Positions 16,358 through 20,175 of a stretch of 20,175 nucleotides of DNA are shown here, one piece after another. Source of the stretch: Gemmatimonadales bacterium. GTDB lineage: Bacteria > Gemmatimonadota > Gemmatimonadetes > Gemmatimonadales > GWC2-71-9. Each line of letters begins with the position of its first letter. The first letter of the stretch is position 1. A program made the position numbers and the translations under genes. The DNA lies in contig JBFJCP010000048.1 in NCBI GenBank assembly GCA_041615815.1, positions 1 to 20,175 on the forward strand. Direction: 5' to 3'. The notes beneath the pieces are model-generated. The model worked only from the letters and a program-made list of their open reading frames with translations, did not search any database and was not told where the DNA came from.

Positions 16358-19138
16358 ATGCCGATCATGACAGCCTTCGTACTTCCTGCACTGCTTCTCC
16401 TGCTCCAAGCCAGCGATTCCGTTATCGGAGGTGCGCGAGATCCTGCGCTGGCACCGGACGGGAGACTGGCGGTGAGCATTCGCGGTGATCTGTGGGTGCG
16501 CATGGCCATGCCGGATACCAACCGCTGGATCCAAGTCACCTCGGATCCTGCCTGGGATCGACAACCTGCCTGGAGTTCGGATGGCGAAGGCATCGTTTTC
16601 GCGTCGGATCGGGCCGGATCATTTGCCATTTGGCAGATCCCGATGGCGACTGGCGCGGGCGAGCCCGTGCGGCTCACCACGTCCGTCGAGTTCGAAGGCG
16701 AGCCGAGTGTGGGTCCCGGCGGGGGGGTGGTGTTCGTCCGAGGTTTGGGACCGATGGCACGGCTCTGGATCCGGGAGGCCACGGGGGAGGAGCGCCGCCT
16801 CACGGACGGAAAGTCGGCAGAGCGATGGCCATCCGTGTCGCCGGACGGAGCGAAGGTCGCCTACGTCTCCATCCGCGAAGACCGTCACGAGCTGCGGGTA
16901 TGGTGGCGGGACGGCGATTCGAGCAGCACGGTCCTACGGAACCGGTGGGCCGAATCTCCCACGTGGTCACCCGACGGTCGGCATCTGGCCTTTGCGACGC
17001 GTAGAGGCGAGCCAGGGGTCTGGATAACAGCATCGACCGGCGCCTGGGTGAACCTGGTGACTCGTCGGGCGGCGCAGCCGGCCTGGACCTTTGACGGAAA
17101 GACCGTGGTGTTGGTCGAGTTGCCCGGCGCCGATCCGGGCTACAACGGTGATCCCGATCGCCTCGGAGATCGCGACGCTTCCGATGTGTTTCCCGATGCC
17201 GGCGCGATCTGGACGATCCCAGCGCCATCCGTGCCGGATGCGGGGCTGGCTGTTGTGGCCATATCCCACACCGGTGATCGTCGGGCGGCCAACCGTCACG
17301 CGTTCGAGCGCATCTGGGATCGGACGGCGCAACTCTATTACGGACCGATGGATGCGGATCCACGACGGGCGCGCTGGAAGGAGCTCGGAGACAAGTACCG
17401 GTCGCTCGCCCTCGACGCTTCCACAGACGTGGAGTTCGAAACGATCGTCCACCGAATGTTGGCGGACCGTCCTCCACTGCGACGCGCGGCCACGGGGCGC
17501 GCGGCCGTGTCCAGCGCGCACCCCGTGGCAACCGAAGCGGGGCTGGAGATTCTGCGACGTGGCGGCAACGTGGTCGACGCGGCGATTGCCGTCTCGTTCG
17601 CGCTCGGCGTGGTCGAACCGGATGCGAGCGGCATCGGCGGCTACGGCCAGATGCTCATTCACCGGACCGGAATGACGTACCCCGCGCTCATCGAGTTCAT
17701 GACCAAAGCGCCCGAGGAGGCCACACTCAGTAACGCGGCCCTTCTCGACGGCGGCGACTATCCTGATGACGGGCCGGTTTTGGCAAACGTACCGGGCACC
17801 GTGGCGGGTATGTACCTCGCGCTCCAAAAGTATGGGAGCGGCCGCGTGAGTTGGGCGGAGATCATCGATCCGGCCATTCGGGCGGCGGAAGCAGGATATG
17901 AAGTCAGTGATGGTTTGGCCACGACGCTCGCCCGCGAGCGCGAGCGATACCTGAAGTATGAGGGGCCGCAGGCACTTTTCTTTCGCGACGGTGAGCCGCT
18001 GCAGGCCGGAGACACGCTCAAGAACCCCGATTTGGCGTGGACCCTGCGACGAATTGCCGAGGACGGACCGGAGGCGTTCTACAGCGGCGAGGTGGGACGC
18101 CGGATGGTACGGGATCTCCGCGGGAAGGGAAACGCCATGCGGATGAGCGATCTCGAGCGGTATTTCGCCGTGGAGCGGGAGCCCGTGTCCACGACGTACC
18201 GAGGCCATACGGTGTACTCCAGCACGCCGCCGGTCTCGGGTGGGTCCAGCCTCGCCGCGATGCTCAATCACCTGGAAGGCTTTCGGAATCCTCGACCCTA
18301 CGCGGAGGATGCCGCCACCTTGCATGCGATGATCGAGGCTTGGAAGCTCACACCGCCGGGGTTCGGGCGTATCGCAGATCCAGGACTCTGGCCCGTCGAG
18401 ATCGAAACATTTGTGAGTAAGGACTCCGCGCGCACGCGCTGGAGTTGTTTCCAGTCCGCCCGCGCTCTCACGTATGCCGACGTTCGCCCGGATTCGCTCC
18501 CCTGTCTGGAACGGGACACACCGGCCACGGACGGCAAACGGGGGGGTACGACCTCGTTCGCAGTGGCCGACGCGGATGGTAACGTGGTGGCCGTAACCCA
18601 AACACTCGGGACTTGGGGGGGGAACTTCTACGTGACACCTGGTCTGGGCTTTATCTACAACGACAAGCTCACGTCGTATGCGACCAACCCGGATCGATTC
18701 GGTGCAAGGTTACCGCACGCGCGGCACTCGAGCAGCATCACGCCGACGATCGTGTTTCGCGGCACTGGCAATCGCGCCCGACCTGTCCTCGCCACCGGTG
18801 CTGCGGGAAACCGGTGGATCACGTCCGCCGTCTATTCCATCGTCGTCGGAGCGGTGGATCAGGGGTTGGATCCTCAGCAGGCTATCGAGCTGCCCCGCAT
18901 CTTGCTCACGACCCGTTCGAGCGGCGATGCCACCTCGCGGCGGTACATTGTCCAGGTCGAGGACATGATCGCCCCTTCCGTCATCCGCCGTCTGGAAGCG
19001 CTCGGCCACGAGTTGCAGGTGATCTCGCTCAAAGGTGAGCTTCGGATGGGATACGCCGCTGCCGTGGCTATCGGAAACGGGTCGGTGACGGCGGGCGCAG
19101 ATCCACGACGATCGGGAGCGGCGGGAGCCATACGCTGA
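16358..19138 (+). CDS. Gamma-glutamyltransferase (Ntn hydrolase) family protein fused to N-terminal PD40/TolB-like beta-propeller and helical linker, about 926 aa
   Basis: Six PD40-like repeats (P-x-W/V/L-S/x-x-D-G) about 16430-17120. GGT motifs SSAHPVAT, GGNVVDAAIA, VEPDASGIGG, VPGTVAG, TTSFAVADADGNVVAVT (Thr nucleophile 18548-18550), GADPRR. Signal-like N-terminus from ATG 16358 or 16367. Confidence 0.9.
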   Translation: MPIMTAFVLPALLLLLQASDSVIGGARDPALAPDGRLAVSIRGDLWVRMAMPDTNRWIQVTSDPAWDRQPAWSSDGEGIVFASDRAGSFAIWQIPMATGAGEPVRLTTSVEFEGEPSVGPGGGVVFVRGLGPMARLWIREATGEERRLTDGKSAERWPSVSPDGAKVAYVSIREDRHELRVWWRDGDSSSTVLRNRWAESPTWSPDGRHLAFATRRGEPGVWITASTGAWVNLVTRRAAQPAWTFDGKTVVLVELPGADPGYNGDPDRLGDRDASDVFPDAGAIWTIPAPSVPDAGLAVVAISHTGDRRAANRHAFERIWDRTAQLYYGPMDADPRRARWKELGDKYRSLALDASTDVEFETIVHRMLADRPPLRRAATGRAAVSSAHPVATEAGLEILRRGGNVVDAAIAVSFALGVVEPDASGIGGYGQMLIHRTGMTYPALIEFMTKAPEEATLSNAALLDGGDYPDDGPVLANVPGTVAGMYLALQKYGSGRVSWAEIIDPAIRAAEAGYEVSDGLATTLARERERYLKYEGPQALFFRDGEPLQAGDTLKNPDLAWTLRRIAEDGPEAFYSGEVGRRMVRDLRGKGNAMRMSDLERYFAVEREPVSTTYRGHTVYSSTPPVSGGSSLAAMLNHLEGFRNPRPYAEDAATLHAMIEAWKLTPPGFGRIADPGLWPVEIETFVSKDSARTRWSCFQSARALTYADVRPDSLPCLERDTPATDGKRGGTTSFAVADADGNVVAVTQTLGTWGGNFYVTPGLGFIYNDKLTSYATNPDRFGARLPHARHSSSITPTIVFRGTGNRARPVLATGAAGNRWITSAVYSIVVGAVDQGLDPQQAIELPRILLTTRSSGDATSRRYIVQVEDMIAPSVIRRLEALGHELQVISLKGELRMGYAAAVAIGNGSVTAGADPRRSGAAGAIR

Positions 19139-19257
19139 TCATCCAACTGCATTTGCAGCCCGGTCATCGCCCGAGCAGTTTGTACCTATGGCTACGGCGG
19201 CGTGGGCGCCAGGCCTCCCGCGACCGCCGTCATCGCACTCGCTCCCCCGGAGAAACC

Positions 19258-20166
19258 ATGCGTCTGCGTGGAACCCTGCTGACCTTGTTCTCGCTGTTCG
19301 TGACCCAGCCGCTCATTGCACAAACCGTGCTGCAGAAGCAGGGCCGCTACTCTCCGGGCACGCGGGTCGCGTCCCCATGGAGCGGTGTTTCATTCGTGAT
19401 ACCGGCCGATTTCGTCGCTGGCTTCGATACCGACGCAGAAACCATCTTGCTGACGTCTCCAGCTCGACCCGGTGTAGCCGTGGGTGTGTATGCGTACTCG
19501 GAGACGGATCTCGAGGAGATGGCCGACATGGTGGTCGCTCACTTGGGGAAGCTGGGCATTCAGCTCACACCTCTCGAGCCGCCAGTGCAGGATGCGAGTA
19601 CCGCGCGAGGGTGGTATCAGGCCCTCACGCCGGATGGTCCGGGTGTCCTGTACGGCGTGGTGAGGACCGGCGCGCCGGGAAACGCCATCGCCGTGGTGGC
19701 GCTGAGCCCGGCAGGACAGGACTCGGTCATCCGGCCGTTGGTGGACGATCTCCTGGCCTCGACGCAGTTCTCTCGCCCCAGTGCCGCCGATTGGCGTCGG
19801 CAAGCGGGAGGGCAGCGATTCTCCACGTCAGGTGGGAGCTCGGATTACAGTCCCGGTGGTGCGGGAGCCGGTGGTATGGCCTCGAGCCGCGACGCCGAAT
19901 TGGAGCTGTGTAGTGATGGAACGTACGGATATCAGTATCGCTCGGAGATGTATATCTCGGTGGAGGGAGCCGGATCCGCGGAGCGAACGGAGCAGGATCA
20001 ACATCAAGGACGTTGGTGGCTCGTCGCGGACCTACTCGGCACTGCCACCTTGGTCTTAGAGGCCACGGACGGTCGCGAGTTCTTTTGGCCGGTGGCTGAG
20101 CAGCAACGAGCCGTGCTGATCAACGAGACGAGCTTTTATGCCGCGCCGAGCGCGCGGTGTCCATGA
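19258..20166 (+). CDS. Secreted hypothetical protein, 302 aa
   Basis: GGAGA RBS then MRLRGTLLTLFSLFVTQPLIA-Q signal peptide; protein-like composition; no family recognised. Confidence 0.8.
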   Translation: MRLRGTLLTLFSLFVTQPLIAQTVLQKQGRYSPGTRVASPWSGVSFVIPADFVAGFDTDAETILLTSPARPGVAVGVYAYSETDLEEMADMVVAHLGKLGIQLTPLEPPVQDASTARGWYQALTPDGPGVLYGVVRTGAPGNAIAVVALSPAGQDSVIRPLVDDLLASTQFSRPSAADWRRQAGGQRFSTSGGSSDYSPGGAGAGGMASSRDAELELCSDGTYGYQYRSEMYISVEGAGSAERTEQDQHQGRWWLVADLLGTATLVLEATDGREFFWPVAEQQRAVLINETSFYAAPSARCP

Positions 20167-20175
20167 TTCGAGGAC

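Noticed and set aside
16967..18601. 544-aa minus-strand ORF
   Set aside because: Antisense shadow of the GGT fusion with no recognisable domain.
1..20175. CRISPR array, tRNA/rRNA, IS/prophage or defence system
   Set aside because: No regularly spaced repeats, RNA-gene signatures, transposase/integrase or defence-domain motifs seen; intergenic gaps are all about 220 nt or less.

Overview
GC-rich bacterial chromosomal segment, densely coding, with 16 complete genes plus a partial thiolase at the left edge that the ORF track misses. No rRNA, tRNA, CRISPR or mobile element is recognisable. It is dominated by predicted exported hydrolases (one M28 and two M20 metallopeptidases, an MBL-fold hydrolase, two alpha/beta hydrolases, a GGT-family fusion), mixed with cytoplasmic enzymes (thiolase, YtoQ, isochorismatase family, nitronate monooxygenase/FabK-like, 2OG-Fe(II) oxygenase, MaoC dehydratase). 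Gene style suggests a Gemmatimonadota- or Acidobacteriota-like heterotroph (impression only). Three unusual architectures stand out: (1) a signal-peptide-bearing, single-chain triple-Rid protein whose degenerate half-sites look complementary; (2) a beta-propeller + tricorn-C1-like + gamma-glutamyltransferase fusion with a rewired substrate pocket; (3) a membrane-spanning FHA-lytic transglycosylase fusion. All family calls come from motif recognition by eye; no searches were run.
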